Of a DNA stretch of 64,000 nt, positions 1 through 10,642 are shown piece by piece (positions within the stretch are counted from its first letter, which is position 1; the number at the start of each line of letters is the position of its first letter). The stretch comes from Armatimonadota bacterium (GTDB lineage: Bacteria > Armatimonadota > SYMT01): contig JBKBRF010000012.1 in the NCBI GenBank assembly GCA_046292385.1, positions 32,001 through 96,000 on the forward strand, given 5' to 3'. The notes under the pieces are model-generated. The model was not told the origin of the DNA. It made no database searches and saw only the letters and a program-made list of their open reading frames with translations. Made by a program: the position numbers and the translations under genes.

Positions 1-1
1 C

Positions 2-532
2 CTATCGGAGGGGGAGATCCATGCCCGCTACGAGATCCTGGATGGAGAGCGGCTGTTCCTGACCAGTCCCACCCGCCGCCACCAGCGGATTCTGATGAAC
101 GTCGCGCGGGTGCTTCGGGACTACGAGCAGGATACCGGGATGGGCGAGGTGCTGGTGGCGCCGCAGGACGTGCTCATCCGTAAAGAGCCGCTCCGAACGC
201 GGCAGCCGGACGTGCTCTTCATCAGCCTCGACCGACTCGCGCAGTGCGCCCCGTCCGACGATCCCGCGCCGCTGCTCGTTGGCCCGGAGCTGGTCGTCGA
301 GATCCTCTCCCCCAGCGAGAGCCGGCGGAGCCTGGCCGCCAAGATCGAGGACTACGCTGCGGTCGGCGTGCTGGAATGCTGGATCGTCGATCCGCGCGCC
401 CGCGCGGTAGAGGTGCTCCAACTGACCGGCAGCGAGCTCGTTTCCAGCCTGACTCTGGGTGACGGCGCGGTGCTTACGTCCCCGAATCTCCCCGGCCTCT
501 CGGCGGCCGTGTCCCTGTTCGTCGCGGAGTAG
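2..532 (+). CDS. Uma2 (DUF820) family restriction-endonuclease-like protein, 5' truncated by the window edge
   Basis: Frame is open from base 2 (LSEGEIHARYEILDG...HQRI). Motifs RQPDVLFI, PELVVEILSPS and KIEDYAAVGVLECWIVDP are typical of Uma2. Confidence 0.9.
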   Translation, partial: LSEGEIHARYEILDGERLFLTSPTRRHQRILMNVARVLRDYEQDTGMGEVLVAPQDVLIRKEPLRTRQPDVLFISLDRLAQCAPSDDPAPLLVGPELVVEILSPSESRRSLAAKIEDYAAVGVLECWIVDPRARAVEVLQLTGSELVSSLTLGDGAVLTSPNLPGLSAAVSLFVAE

Positions 533-677
533 CCGAGGCGGGCGGCCAGCCAGGCGCCTGCAAACACCCGTTTTACATCCCGCTCCCGCTGCGGTAACAT
601 AGGCGCCGCCGGAGTCCTGTGGTCGCGGCCACCCGCCCCGGGTGGAGAGCGGCCGGCGGGACGGGTGGGGAGTAGCT

Positions 678-944
678 GTGGCGCAGGTTCTTTGCTCGGA
701 GCAGGTCCAGGAGAGGCTGTCTGCCCTCTCGGATGAGGTGCGGGAGGCGGTCGAGCTGCGGCTCGGCTACCTGGAGGAGATGCCGCGGATGTACGCGGTC
801 AGCACCGACGACCGCTTCCCGGGCTGCCGTACGTTCTGGGTCGATCCGTGCTACCGCGTCTTCTACATGGTCGCTGCGGTGGGCGACGACGTCTACGTGA
901 TGGCGCTCGTCCAGGAAGAGATCGACCAGCCGGACGAGGAATAG
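678..944 (+). CDS. small RelE/ParE-like protein (tentative)
   Basis: GTG start after GGGGAG; 88 aa with pattern ...LEEMPRMYAV...GCRTFWV..YRVFY.V....VYVMAL, resembling the RelE/ParE fold. Confidence 0.45.
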   Translation: MAQVLCSEQVQERLSALSDEVREAVELRLGYLEEMPRMYAVSTDDRFPGCRTFWVDPCYRVFYMVAAVGDDVYVMALVQEEIDQPDEE

Positions 945-1017
945 CGGGTAGCGTTTAGGTCTGTGTGCGGCAGACTGTGCCGCCTGACGGCGGGCTACTC
1001 CCCGTCTCCAGCCTGCG

Positions 1018-3030
1018 TCAGCGCGGGGTCCAGGCGGCGCCGTCTGGCGTGACTTGCAGGTCCCACCGCCTTCCGCGCCAGTGGAGGTTGCGCACGCGAA
1101 CCGCTTTCCAGTCCGGCGGCAGGCTCGGCGTGGCGCGGGGTCGCTCCGGATGCTCCGGGTCGGACTCCAGGCGCAGGCCGGCGAAGCCGTAGAGGACCGC
1201 TTCCACCACGCCGGCCGCGCCGGTAACGAAATAGAGGTTGTCGCGCGTCCGCTTCTCGCTGAAGAGCTGGAACGGCGGGCGGATGAACGGCCGGAAGCTG
1301 GCGCGGAACCGCTCCAGCGCCTCGTCATCGCGGCCCAGGCGCGCGGCGAGGATCGCGTGGACCGCGTCGGTCATCGCGGGGCCGGTGGGGATCACGTTCG
1401 GCGCGTACCGGTCGTACATCTTCCCCAGCTCTTCGGCGGAGAGCGGCTCCTCACCCGGATGCGCCAGCAGCAGCACGTCGGCCTGCTTCGCCTTCGTCTT
1501 CTCCGTGAAGCCGCGGTACGGCAGGATCAAGCCGGACTTCTCGTCTCGCAGGTAGGTGAGACCCTTCGCCACCTCTTCCCAGCGGGGGTTCACCGGCTGG
1601 CCGAGCGTCCGCGCGGTCTCCGCCGCGAAGCGCAGGTTCACCGCCGCGACGTGGTGCGTCCAGGCGCTGTGCTCCACCACCCCGGCCAGCTCATCCGGCG
1701 TGGTGACGCCTTCCACCACGTAGCCGGAGCCGCGCTGCTTCGCCCGGGCGACCCAGTTATCGGCCGTCTCCTTCAGGATCGGCCAGGCCGTCTCCTTCAG
1801 CCACGCGCGGTCTCCCGTTGCCTGGTAGAACTGCTTCAGCGCCAGGGCGAGGTCGCCGGTGACGTGCCGGCCGTGGCGGAACTCCTGCTGGATGATCGTC
1901 TCCTTACCGGTCGAGGCGCTCTCCCACGCGTAGCTGGCGCCGGGGAGCCCCTCCGCCTTCGCATTGGCGCGCGCGCCGGGGAGCGTGTCACGGCGGTAGC
2001 GGAGCATCGCCGCCGCCAGCTCCGGATGCTGCGGGAGCAGCGCGGGGAAGATCCAGCTCTCCTGGTCCCAGAAGACGTGCCCGTTGAAGGCGGGGGAGCT
2101 CAGCCCCATCGGCGGCACGCCCCACCGGTTCTCCGGGCGGGTGCTGGAGAGGAGGTGGAAGAGGCAGGCGCGGACCACCTGCTGCGCTTCCGGGTCGCCG
2201 TCGATCTCGATGTCGGCCGCCCAGAGCCGCTCCCAGGCGGCGCGATGATCTGCGAGCAAACGCTCCACGCCCGCGGTGGAGAGATCGGGGGGGATGCTCC
2301 GGACCTCCACGTCGGAGACGCGAGTCCAGAGGGCGAAGGTAGCTGTCTCGCCGGCCGGCACGGCGTACTCGTCGCTTCCCGCCGATCCGAGATCGGGGCG
2401 GTCCACCGGGAGTAGTCTCCGATAGATCATCCCGAGCTGCGGCTCCGGCAGGCCGGCTGGGATGCGGAGCTGCACCGGCGACGAGCTCCGGTTCTCCACG
2501 CGCGCCTGCAGCAGCGCCTGCCCCGGAAGGTGGCGCAGCGGCACGAGCCGCAGCTCCAGGTCGACCCGCCCGCTGCCGTTGTTCCAGCCGGCGCGGGTGT
2601 AGAGCAGCCCTTCCTTCAGCCGCAGCTCCTGCCGGTACTCCTCCACGTGCGACGGATCGCCTCCGTAGACCCGCTCTCCCGTGCGGATCTCCAGCGGCGT
2701 CAGCGGGGGCAGGCTGACCAGCGCTTCATTCTTGTAGAGCCCGGCCATGAACGCCGGCTCCGCGGCGGCGGGTGACCACCCGATGCCGGTCTGGGAGACG
2801 CGCTGCCCCAGCATCCCGTTCCCCAGGTAGGCGCCGCGGTAGTCGCCGTTCCACGAATCGGTGGAGAGGACCCACGGGTCGGCCGAGACCGCGACCGGCG
2901 CGGCGGGCCCGGTAGCGCGGGCCGCGAGCAGGCCCGGCTCCTCCGGACCGGACTCGGTGCGGCAGCCGGCGGCGGAGAGCGCGACCACGGCGCTGGAGAG
3001 CAGGCAGAGGGTTAGAGGGAGCTTTCGCAC
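1018..3030 (-). CDS. glycoside hydrolase family 65 protein (trehalose/kojibiose hydrolase-like), probable lipoprotein
   Basis: GH65 motifs LGNGMLG, GHVFWDQESW, YAWESA, HVTGD, PDE, KQADVLL and FVTGAAG. Likely GTG start at 3030 gives a signal peptide ending in lipobox-like SAAGC. Confidence 0.85.
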   Translation of the reverse strand: MRKLPLTLCLLSSAVVALSAAGCRTESGPEEPGLLAARATGPAAPVAVSADPWVLSTDSWNGDYRGAYLGNGMLGQRVSQTGIGWSPAAAEPAFMAGLYKNEALVSLPPLTPLEIRTGERVYGGDPSHVEEYRQELRLKEGLLYTRAGWNNGSGRVDLELRLVPLRHLPGQALLQARVENRSSSPVQLRIPAGLPEPQLGMIYRRLLPVDRPDLGSAGSDEYAVPAGETATFALWTRVSDVEVRSIPPDLSTAGVERLLADHRAAWERLWAADIEIDGDPEAQQVVRACLFHLLSSTRPENRWGVPPMGLSSPAFNGHVFWDQESWIFPALLPQHPELAAAMLRYRRDTLPGARANAKAEGLPGASYAWESASTGKETIIQQEFRHGRHVTGDLALALKQFYQATGDRAWLKETAWPILKETADNWVARAKQRGSGYVVEGVTTPDELAGVVEHSAWTHHVAAVNLRFAAETARTLGQPVNPRWEEVAKGLTYLRDEKSGLILPYRGFTEKTKAKQADVLLLAHPGEEPLSAEELGKMYDRYAPNVIPTGPAMTDAVHAILAARLGRDDEALERFRASFRPFIRPPFQLFSEKRTRDNLYFVTGAAGVVEAVLYGFAGLRLESDPEHPERPRATPSLPPDWKAVRVRNLHWRGRRWDLQVTPDGAAWTPR

Positions 3031-3470
3031 TGGAGCCACTCTTCGTAGGTCTTCTGGGGAGCCTCGCCGTAGCGCCGCATCGCGGCGAGCGCGCCCTCGG
3101 CGGGTGCCGGAATGCGGGCGATGGGGCACGGCAGCCACTCCACGTGCCCAAAGAGACGGCAGACCTGCGGGCGCACCGGGTAGATCGAGCAGCACCCCCG
3201 CTCCACGTCGCGGAAGCGGCACGCGGTGTAGAGCACGCCGTCCTCCATCTCCGTGCCGGGATACGGGACCACCTTGGGAAGCAGCTCCACCCGCCGCGCC
3301 TCCGCCCCCTCCTCGCTCTCGAGGAGCTCCCGGATCGCGCGGAATTCCGGCAGCAGCATCGGGACGCCGTCGATGCAGCGGGCGCCGCACTCGTCGCAGC
3401 CGTTGCAGGGCGACTGGTCGATCCCGGAGACGAAGCGCTGGACGTCGCGCAGTACGGTGAGCTCGTGCAT
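3012..3470 (-). CDS. YkgJ family cysteine-cluster protein
   Basis: CNGCDECGARC, CRFRD and CSIYPVRPQVCRLF motifs. Confidence 0.85.
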   Translation of the reverse strand: MHELTVLRDVQRFVSGIDQSPCNGCDECGARCIDGVPMLLPEFRAIRELLESEEGAEARRVELLPKVVPYPGTEMEDGVLYTACRFRDVERGCCSIYPVRPQVCRLFGHVEWLPCPIARIPAPAEGALAAMRRYGEAPQKTYEEWLQCESSL

Positions 3471-3532
3471 GGGGGGCTGGGGAGCGGCTTACTAGTACTC
3501 CGTCAAGCTGAGATTGATGGGCGGGAACGGCA

Positions 3533-3616
3533 AGGGAGAGTGGGCGAGAGGGGGAGCTTGAGAAGCTGCTTACGAGAGCGGCGCTCCCACTCCCCCACTC
3601 CCCCTTGCTCCCACTC
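3533..3616. repeat. degenerate 8-bp tandem repeats in inverted arrangement (GGGAGAGT-like / CTCCCACT-like)
   Basis: gggagagt gggcgaga gggggagc ... ctcccact cccccact cccccttg ctcccact in an intergenic region. Confidence 0.5.
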
Positions 3617-3685
3617 CAATCCATCAGGAGTAGCGGGACACCACTAGAACGTTTTACCGCGTCGGCTCACGTGGAGTTCCGAAGG

Positions 3686-3925
3686 CTACCCCTGCAGCCG
3701 GCGCGTGAATTCGCGGCGGGCCAGCAGCACCCGGCGGCCGCAGGTATCGCACAGGAGCCCCACGTCGGCTCCCAGGCGGGTCACGGTCCATTGGTAGCCG
3801 CCGCACGCGTGCGGTTTGCGCAGCGCGACGTGGTCGCCGACCGCCGGTACGCGTGAAGGACCGGACCCCTCGCGGGGCCCGGTCCCGGATTCTTCCGCTC
3901 GTTCCGGCGTCTCGTCCGGAGGCAT
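3686..3925 (-). CDS. DUF951 family protein
   Basis: [45 protein letters not shown] matches the DUF951 pattern. ATG at 3925 overlaps the upstream stop. Confidence 0.85.
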   Translation of the reverse strand: MPPDETPERAEESGTGPREGSGPSRVPAVGDHVALRKPHACGGYQWTVTRLGADVGLLCDTCGRRVLLARREFTRRLQG

Positions 3926-4929
3926 CAGCGGTCGTTCAGCGGCGGGGATACGCGCACCCGGCCGGAGCGCAGTGTGCGGTCCGTGTCGACCTCGCTCCGC
4001 ACGACGCGCCGCTTCGGCTCGCCCCAGTTGGGGTTCCGCGCCCAGCGCTCGTGCACCGGGTCGTAGACCCACGGGCTGTTCTCCCCCTCCACCGGCATAC
4101 GCGCCCGGGCCGCGGCGGCGGTCCGGTTGTCGGCCGGGCCGTTCATCGCCATGTCGGTGCCCAGCGGCATGTCCGCCCCGGGCGTGTTCCCCGCGCCGAT
4201 ACCCGCGCCCGCGACGGAGCTCATCATTTCGGGAGTCCAGACCGTGTTGCCGGAAGGAACCACCGGCATCCGGGCCTGGTCCGCGCGCCGCCGATCCTCC
4301 GGGTCGAGCCCCATCTTCTGGAGCGGCGACAGCGTCGATCCGAAGTCGGGCGTCGAGGGAAGGACCGAGAACCGGGCCGCCACCTCCGCCCGGTCGGACC
4401 GCCGCATCATCTGCTGTACGGTCGCCATCTGCGGCGGCGCCAGCACTTCCGGCTCCGGCTGCGGTTTAGGCTTCTGCGGCCGGCGCTCCGGCGCGGTGTA
4501 GCCGAGCGGCGGCACCGGGGCGGGCGTCATCGAGACGGGCGTCGTGGGCGTCGATACATACCCGGCGCCCCCGCTCCAGCTCGGCGTCGGGCTCGGGAAC
4601 TGGGTAAAGCCGGGAGCGGCGGCAGGGGTCGTCCCGCCGGTCAGGGGAGCAGTAGTGACCGGAGAGACGATCGACGCCGTAGAAGCGCTGGCCGGGAGCG
4701 GCGCGGGGCTCTGGGCCTGCCGGCCCGATCCACCGCCGGACATCCACCCGATCAGGAGCGCGATGGTGACAATCCCGCCGGCGCCGGCAGCCACGACCCA
4801 CCGGTTCGGTCCGCTCTCTTCTTCCACGTAGCTGCCCATCATCGTCGCCTCGTCTTTCAGTCCGAGGCCGCACTTGGGACAGAATTTCGCGTTGGGGTGA
4901 ATGCTATCGCTGCAATAGGGACACTTCAT
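3925..4929 (-). CDS. zinc-ribbon domain membrane protein with Pro/Thr-rich tail
   Basis: N-terminal CPYC...FCPKCG, then one TM helix, then a low-complexity region. Confidence 0.75.
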   Translation of the reverse strand: MKCPYCSDSIHPNAKFCPKCGLGLKDEATMMGSYVEEESGPNRWVVAAGAGGIVTIALLIGWMSGGGSGRQAQSPAPLPASASTASIVSPVTTAPLTGGTTPAAAPGFTQFPSPTPSWSGGAGYVSTPTTPVSMTPAPVPPLGYTAPERRPQKPKPQPEPEVLAPPQMATVQQMMRRSDRAEVAARFSVLPSTPDFGSTLSPLQKMGLDPEDRRRADQARMPVVPSGNTVWTPEMMSSVAGAGIGAGNTPGADMPLGTDMAMNGPADNRTAAAARARMPVEGENSPWVYDPVHERWARNPNWGEPKRRVVRSEVDTDRTLRSGRVRVSPPLNDR

Positions 4930-5076
4930 CAGAATCCTCGCTCCCCGGGCTCCCCCGCCCGGGCCCGCGCTATCAGGTAATTATCGGCGCCAGGCCGGAC
5001 TACGGGAGATACGTGCACTTAGACTGCTCCGGACCCGTTCGGGTTCCCCGGAGCCGGTTCTAGCAAACTGACTGGA

Positions 5077-6039
5077 TTAGAGGCCCGGCATGCCTCCGAG
5101 TCCGGTGAGCCCACCGAGCATCGACGAGCCGCTGCCGGTCTGTATGCGGAACTGCTGGTTCAGTCCCCGCCCGCGATAGACCTCCGAGAGCGCGAGGTTC
5201 GCCTGCCCGAGGTTGCGGTCGATCCGGGCGACGCCTTCGCTCCCCGCCCGCTTGATCGCCCCGATGTCGCCCGAAGCAAGCCCCTGCATCACCTTGGGAG
5301 TCGCCTCGATCTCTTCCTTCAGAGCGGCGAGGTAGAACTGGTCCAGCGCCTGGCAGTCGGCCGGCACCTGCGGCCGGGTCCGCATGATGTTCTGCTCGAA
5401 CGCGTGCATCGCCTGAACCGTCTTGTCGAGCCGCGCCTGGATCCGCCGCTGGAACTCCATCCCGTCCGCGTCCGGCTCCGACTGCGCCAGCATCGCCTGG
5501 AGGTAATCTTCCACCACCGAGTAGACCTGCGTCTCGCCCAGGGCCCGCAGGCCTGCCCGTTCGTCTTCCACGAACTTCAACCAGGCCAGGTACTTGTCGA
5601 AGTCGGAGTTGTCCCGCTGCGCCACCGGCTCCGCCGGCTTCTCCGGCCGGGACGGCGCGGTAACGATGCTCGAGCTCTCCTTCTCCGGTCGTCCCGGCAT
5701 CGCCACCATCGACGGTGCCTTCTTGGGCGCCGCGCCCGGGGCCGCCACCACGGAAGAAGCAGCGGCGTTCTTGAAGTAGACGCCGGCCCCCACCGCGCCG
5801 ACCAGCGCGAGGGCGATCAGCCCGGAGATCAGGATGATCCGGTTGTTCTGCGAGGCTGCCGCCGGAGCGGGCGGCGCGTACGGCGGCGGTGAAGGGGCCC
5901 CGTACTGGCCGGTCGCGTGCGGAGAGTGGGCTCCGCCTTGCGGCGCGTGGGAAGGCGGCGCGGCGGCGACGGCGGCCCCGCAGGCGTTACAGAAGCGACT
6001 GGCCGGCGGCAGACCGGCACCGCAGTTGGAGCATCGCAT
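5077..6039 (-). CDS. zinc-ribbon domain membrane protein
   Basis: MRCSNCG...FCNACG after a GGAGGG RBS, then a TM helix and a helical C-terminal domain. Confidence 0.75.
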   Translation of the reverse strand: MRCSNCGAGLPPASRFCNACGAAVAAAPPSHAPQGGAHSPHATGQYGAPSPPPYAPPAPAAASQNNRIILISGLIALALVGAVGAGVYFKNAAASSVVAAPGAAPKKAPSMVAMPGRPEKESSSIVTAPSRPEKPAEPVAQRDNSDFDKYLAWLKFVEDERAGLRALGETQVYSVVEDYLQAMLAQSEPDADGMEFQRRIQARLDKTVQAMHAFEQNIMRTRPQVPADCQALDQFYLAALKEEIEATPKVMQGLASGDIGAIKRAGSEGVARIDRNLGQANLALSEVYRGRGLNQQFRIQTGSGSSMLGGLTGLGGMPGL

Positions 6040-6536
6040 TCCACCCTCCGCTGTCGTTCCGCGCGGGATCATGGCCGGAGCGCTGCCGCCCCTCTGCCGG
6101 GATGATAGGCCGGACGGGAGCTGCAAGTCAAAAGAATGCCAGCCTCACTCGTTCCTACCGGCTCTACCGCGGTTCGGTTCCGGGCCGGCTCTTCCCGCGC
6201 CCCGATAGGCTGTTAGACGACCGAGATGCTCCCCACGTTTCAACCGGAGTGCAATCGCGCCGGAGGCGGGAGCAGGCAAGCGGTTTCCGAGCCCGGAAAA
6301 GTGTGACGGCATTCCGGCGCTAGGAGAGAATGACGGGGGAAGCAGGCACTCGCTGCGCTCGGGCGCCGCCAGTACTTCGGCTCTTCCCGCGTCCATACGG
6401 CCCGCGCTCGTCTTGCGGCGCAGTCTGCCGCGCGCCGGGCGACCGGTCGACACACACCTCCCAGTGCGGCGTCCTGGACGCCGGCACTCGCCGGCGCCGG
6501 GGGCGTTTTCGCAACTTGTAGAGAAGGGGTACACCA

Positions 6537-6785
6537 ATGCCGTACGTGATCTGCGAGCCTTGCGTCGGAGTCAAGGACAAGGCGTGCGTGGAGATCTGCC
6601 CGGTAGATTGCATCTACGAGGGCAGCAAGGAAGGGTTTCCGGACCAGCTCTTCATCCACCCGGATGAGTGCATTGACTGCGGCGTCTGCCAGCCCGAGTG
6701 CCCGGTGAACGCCATCTTCCCGGAAGATGACGTGCCGGAAGAGTGGAACAACTACATCGCCATCAACCGGGACTTCTTCGCGTAA
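6537..6785 (+). CDS. ferredoxin (4Fe-4S / 7Fe type)
   Basis: [21 protein letters not shown] and [16 protein letters not shown]. Confidence 0.95.
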   Translation: MPYVICEPCVGVKDKACVEICPVDCIYEGSKEGFPDQLFIHPDECIDCGVCQPECPVNAIFPEDDVPEEWNNYIAINRDFFA

Positions 6786-6921
6786 GCGGCCCCGGATCGG
6801 CTCTAGAACGCAGCGGGCGCGGTCTTCCGGACCGCGCCCGTTTGCCGTCTCGCGGTCCGGTTTACCGGCTCCGCCCCGTGGAAAGCCTGTAGCAGGTCAC
6901 ACGTTAGCCGGGTTTCTCTCC

Positions 6922-7893
6922 ATGCCAGACACCGTCCGCCACGATCCCGTGATGCTCCGGGAATGCCTGGATTACCTGCAGGCCGGACCCGGCAAGACGC
7001 TGGTCGACGGCACCCTGGGCCTCGGGGGCCACTCGCTGGCGATGCTGGAGCGGGTACGGCCGGGCGGGCTGGTGATCGGGCTCGACCGCGACCCGGAAGC
7101 ACTCCGCCGGGCGGAGGCGCGGCTGCGCGCCGCCTGCGACGAGCGGGGCTGGAGAGACTGCCCCTTCCGGACCGCCCGTACCGACTTCCGCCACCTCGCC
7201 GCCGCCCTGGACGAGCTGCAGGTGCCGGCGGTGGATGGATTCCTCTTCGACCTGGGGGTCTCGTCGATGCAGCTCGACCTCCCCGAGCGCGGCTTCAGCT
7301 TCCGTGCCGAGGGGCCGCTCGACATGCGGATGGACCTCACGCAGGGAGAGACCGCGGCGGACCTGGTGAACGAGCTTCCGGAAGAGGAGCTGGCCGATCT
7401 GCTCTGGACCCTGGGCGAGGAGCGCTACTCGCGGCGAATCGCCCGCCGGATCGTGGAGCGCCGCCGCGGCGAGCCGCTGCGCACCACGCGGGACCTGGAG
7501 CAGGCGGTGTGGTCCGCCTACCCCGCCGCGGAGCGCCACGGCCGCATCCACCCCGCCACCCGCACCTTTCAAGCGCTCCGGATCGCCGTGAACGACGAGC
7601 TCGCCGCCCTGGAGCCGGCCCTCCTCTCCGCCGCCGACCGCCTGCGCCCCGGCGGTCGCATCGTGGTGCTCTCCTACCACAGCCTGGAGGATCGGATCGT
7701 CAAGCGGACGCTCGACTTCCTGGCCGGCAAGTGCCGCTGCCCGGAAGAGGTGCCGATCTGCGTCTGCAGCGCGACCCGGCGCATGACGGTGCTGACTCGC
7801 AAGCCGCTGCAGCCCGGTGCGGAAGAGGTGGAGCGCAACCCGAGGGCCCGCAGCGCGCGACTGAGAGCGGCGGAGCTGAAGGCCGAGCGATGA
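6922..7893 (+). CDS. rsmH: 16S rRNA m4C1402 methyltransferase RsmH
   Basis: HDPVM, DGTLGLGGHS, DLGVSSMQLD..ERGFSF, PLDMRMD, HPATRTFQALRIAVNDEL and NPRARSARLR. Confidence 0.97.
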   Translation: MPDTVRHDPVMLRECLDYLQAGPGKTLVDGTLGLGGHSLAMLERVRPGGLVIGLDRDPEALRRAEARLRAACDERGWRDCPFRTARTDFRHLAAALDELQVPAVDGFLFDLGVSSMQLDLPERGFSFRAEGPLDMRMDLTQGETAADLVNELPEEELADLLWTLGEERYSRRIARRIVERRRGEPLRTTRDLEQAVWSAYPAAERHGRIHPATRTFQALRIAVNDELAALEPALLSAADRLRPGGRIVVLSYHSLEDRIVKRTLDFLAGKCRCPEEVPICVCSATRRMTVLTRKPLQPGAEEVERNPRARSARLRAAELKAER

Positions 7894-7916
7894 AGGATGA
7901 ACGATGAATGATGAAT
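7889..7916 (+). repeat. 4 x 7-bp tandem repeat GATGAAN
   Basis: gatgaag gatgaac gatgaat gatgaat, overlapping the rsmH stop codon. Confidence 0.7.
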
Positions 7917-8079
7917 CCGGACCCTCCGTGAACGGGAGGTCCTACTCGCTGGCGGCCTCCGGTGCTCCGGCGCGGGTTCGGATCCGGTGACGGATCCCCA
8001 CGACCTCCATCCCCAGGCGGCAGGCTCGGCTCGGGCCGAACAAGAACCAAAAGCCCAGACCCTCTCCCCCGATCAAAGC

Positions 8080-8088
8080 TGCTATAAT
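8080..8088 (+). promoter_or_regulatory. extended -10 promoter element upstream of the ftsL-like gene
   Basis: TGCTATAAT (TGn + TATAAT) about 130 bp upstream of the GTG start. Confidence 0.45.
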
Positions 8089-8218
8089 CGCTCCATCCTC
8101 CCGGGCGGGTGTCCGCCTCCCGCACTGGCAAGCAGTCGCTTGCCGGCCGTAAGAACGCCCTCTTTTTCCCTGCAGGGAAGTGGGCCGCCCACCGATGATT
8201 CGTATTGGAGGTTGCGCC

Positions 8219-8656
8219 GTGCCCCGCTCCAGTGCCGCCCGTCAGTACCGCTATGACGACGAGGATGAAATGAGCCCCGACGGGCCCATCCCGCCCAGCG
8301 AGCAGTCGCGCTATGAGCCGCGATTCCGGGTCGTCACCCGCAAGTCGCTGGTGGCGCCGCGGCCGTACGCGCGGACGGTCTCCGCGCAGCGCATGGTTCT
8401 CCTCGTCGCGGTGCCCGGGGTGTGCCTGGTGCTCTACGTGATGTTCTGGACGATGGCGATGCGCGGCGGATACCTGCGCGGGGAGCTGGAGCGGCAGATC
8501 CGGGAGGCGCGCGTGGAGCGCGCCTCGCTGGAGGCGGAGAAGCAGCGCCTGCAGTCTTCCGAGTTGATCCTGGAGAAGGCGAAGAAGCTGGGGATGGAGC
8601 CGCCGGCGATGAACCGCGAATTCGCGCACACTCCGGAGACTGCCGAGCGGCCGTAG
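8219..8656 (+). CDS. FtsL-like cell division protein
   Basis: Lies between rsmH and the PBP gene; TM helix plus coiled coil ending LQS.ELILEKAKKLGM; GGAGG RBS. Confidence 0.7.
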   Translation: MPRSSAARQYRYDDEDEMSPDGPIPPSEQSRYEPRFRVVTRKSLVAPRPYARTVSAQRMVLLVAVPGVCLVLYVMFWTMAMRGGYLRGELERQIREARVERASLEAEKQRLQSSELILEKAKKLGMEPPAMNREFAHTPETAERP

Positions 8657-8857
8657 CCGCCGGGACGTCCGGCCTCCGCCGGCGGCGCGTCGCTCGCCGC
8701 GGCCGGGCCAGAATGGAAGCCTTTACGCGTCCTGGGGACGCGGTCCGGGTGCGCCCCGGCCGCGGCAGCCCTCGGGACGCGTGCCTGTTTTACGTCCGCG
8801 CTGACCGGCAGGCAGCCGGGAGCGCGGCGCCGAGTTCGAGACGAGGATCGGAGCGTT

Positions 8858-10642
8858 ATGAGCATCCCGCGCCGAAACGAATTCACGCTGGTCCGCAAGC
8901 GCATGGAGGGGGTGTTCATCCTCTTCATCCTCGGGCTCATCTTGCTGGTCGCCCGGCTGGTCGACCTCCAGGTGCTCAAGGGGCCCGGGTTCGAGCGGCT
9001 GGCGACCCGGATGCACGTCCGGACGCGGACGATCGACGCCGCGCGCGGCATGGTGCTGGACCGCAACGGCAGCGAGTTGGCGCGGGACGTGCTGTCGAAG
9101 CACGTCGCGATGAACCCGCGCATCCTGGAGAGCCCGGCGGCGACGGCGGCCCGCCTCGCGTCGCTGCTGAAGCTCGATGAGAAGCAGCAGGAAGCGATCC
9201 GCAAGCGCCTGGCCGTCGGCGCCAAAAAGCGGCGCGCCTACTCCCAGGTGCTGCGGAACCTCGACCGCAAGGTCGCGGAGGATCTCTACGAGAAGTCGCG
9301 CAAGGACCCTCTCCTCGAAGGACTCTGGCTGGAAGACGCCCCGCTCCGGGTCTACCCCTCCGGCCGGGATGGTACCCAGATCGTGGGGCCGGTCAGCTCG
9401 GACGGGCGCGGCATCGAAGGGATCGAGCTGAAGTTCGACTCGGTGCTCCGCGGCCACGACGGTCAGCGCGTGGTCCGGGTCGACGCCGCCGGTAAGGTGA
9501 TCCCGGAATCGGAGCAGATCCGCTCCCATCCCGTCGACGGCGCGAACGTGAAGCTGACGATCGACCGGGACATCCAGCACTTCGTCGAAGCGGAGCTGCT
9601 GAAGGTGGCAGAGGCGCAGGAGCCGGACGCTGCGACCGCCGTGGTAATGGACGTGCGAAACGGCGACGTGCTGGCGATGGCGAACTGGCCGAGTTACCAC
9701 CCGGACGATAAGAAGATCACGCCCGCCCAGCGACGGAACCGCGCGGTGACCGACCTCTTCGAGCCGGGGAGCATCTTCAAGGTGATCACGGCGGCCGCCG
9801 CGATGGAGGCGGGAGTCAAGCTCGACGCCACCTGCACCGGCGGGCGGCAGATCGGCCGGTACCGCGTGCGCTGCGCTCACGGGGCGAACCACGGGCACGT
9901 GCCGATCTCCGAGATGGTGACGGTGAGCTGCAACCTGGCGGCGGGAGCCCTGGCGGAGCGCGTCGGTCCGGCCGGCATGTATGACTACATGGATAAGTTC
10001 GGCCTGAACCAGAAAACGGGTATTGAGTTCCCCGGCGAGGCGTACTGGCCGCACGACAAGCCGGACACCTGGAAGACGATCCGGACCGTGAACGTGGGAT
10101 TCGGGCAGGGAGTGAACATCTCCCCCATCCAGCTGGTGGCCGCCTACGCCGCCATCGGGAACGACGGGGTCTACAACCCGCCGCGCCTGGTACTGGAAGC
10201 TCCCGGCGCGAAGCTTCCGCCGCGGGAGTCGCGGCGGGTGATGAGCGCGGAGAACGCTCGAAAGCTGCGGAGTTACATGGAGTCTGTCGTGGTAGGCGCC
10301 GGCGGCACGGGTAAGAACGCGAAGATCGCCGGCTACACCGTCGGCGGCAAGACCGGCACGGCGCAGATCGCGATGAACGGGCGCTATGGAAGCGGCTACG
10401 TCGCCTCCTTCGCCGGATTCGTACCGGCCCGGGAGCCGCGGCTCGCCATCCTCGTCTCCGTCTGGCATCCGCGGCACGGGCAGTACGGCGGCGCCGTGAG
10501 CGCCCCGGTCTTCCGGGAGATCGCGCGGCAGAGCGTGGCGTTCCTCAAGATCCCGCCGGACGCGCCGACCGACCACCGCGACGGCGCCGACCCCGCCAGC
10601 TTCTATCGCAAGGTAGCCGCTGCGGAGGAGAGCTATGACTGA
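8858..10642 (+). CDS. ftsI: class B penicillin-binding protein (FtsI/SpoVD-like)
   Basis: RGMVLDRNG, RVYP, GIEGIE, EPGSIFK (SxxK), SCN (SxN) and KTGTAQ. Confidence 0.93.
   Translation: MSIPRRNEFTLVRKRMEGVFILFILGLILLVARLVDLQVLKGPGFERLATRMHVRTRTIDAARGMVLDRNGSELARDVLSKHVAMNPRILESPAATAARLASLLKLDEKQQEAIRKRLAVGAKKRRAYSQVLRNLDRKVAEDLYEKSRKDPLLEGLWLEDAPLRVYPSGRDGTQIVGPVSSDGRGIEGIELKFDSVLRGHDGQRVVRVDAAGKVIPESEQIRSHPVDGANVKLTIDRDIQHFVEAELLKVAEAQEPDAATAVVMDVRNGDVLAMANWPSYHPDDKKITPAQRRNRAVTDLFEPGSIFKVITAAAAMEAGVKLDATCTGGRQIGRYRVRCAHGANHGHVPISEMVTVSCNLAAGALAERVGPAGMYDYMDKFGLNQKTGIEFPGEAYWPHDKPDTWKTIRTVNVGFGQGVNISPIQLVAAYAAIGNDGVYNPPRLVLEAPGAKLPPRESRRVMSAENARKLRSYMESVVVGAGGTGKNAKIAGYTVGGKTGTAQIAMNGRYGSGYVASFAGFVPAREPRLAILVSVWHPRHGQYGGAVSAPVFREIARQSVAFLKIPPDAPTDHRDGADPASFYRKVAAAEESYD

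Noticed and set aside
3031..3624. N-terminal extension of the 868-aa GH65 ORF
   Set aside because: It overlaps the YkgJ gene in another frame and is Arg/Gly-rich noise; the signal peptide begins at 3030.
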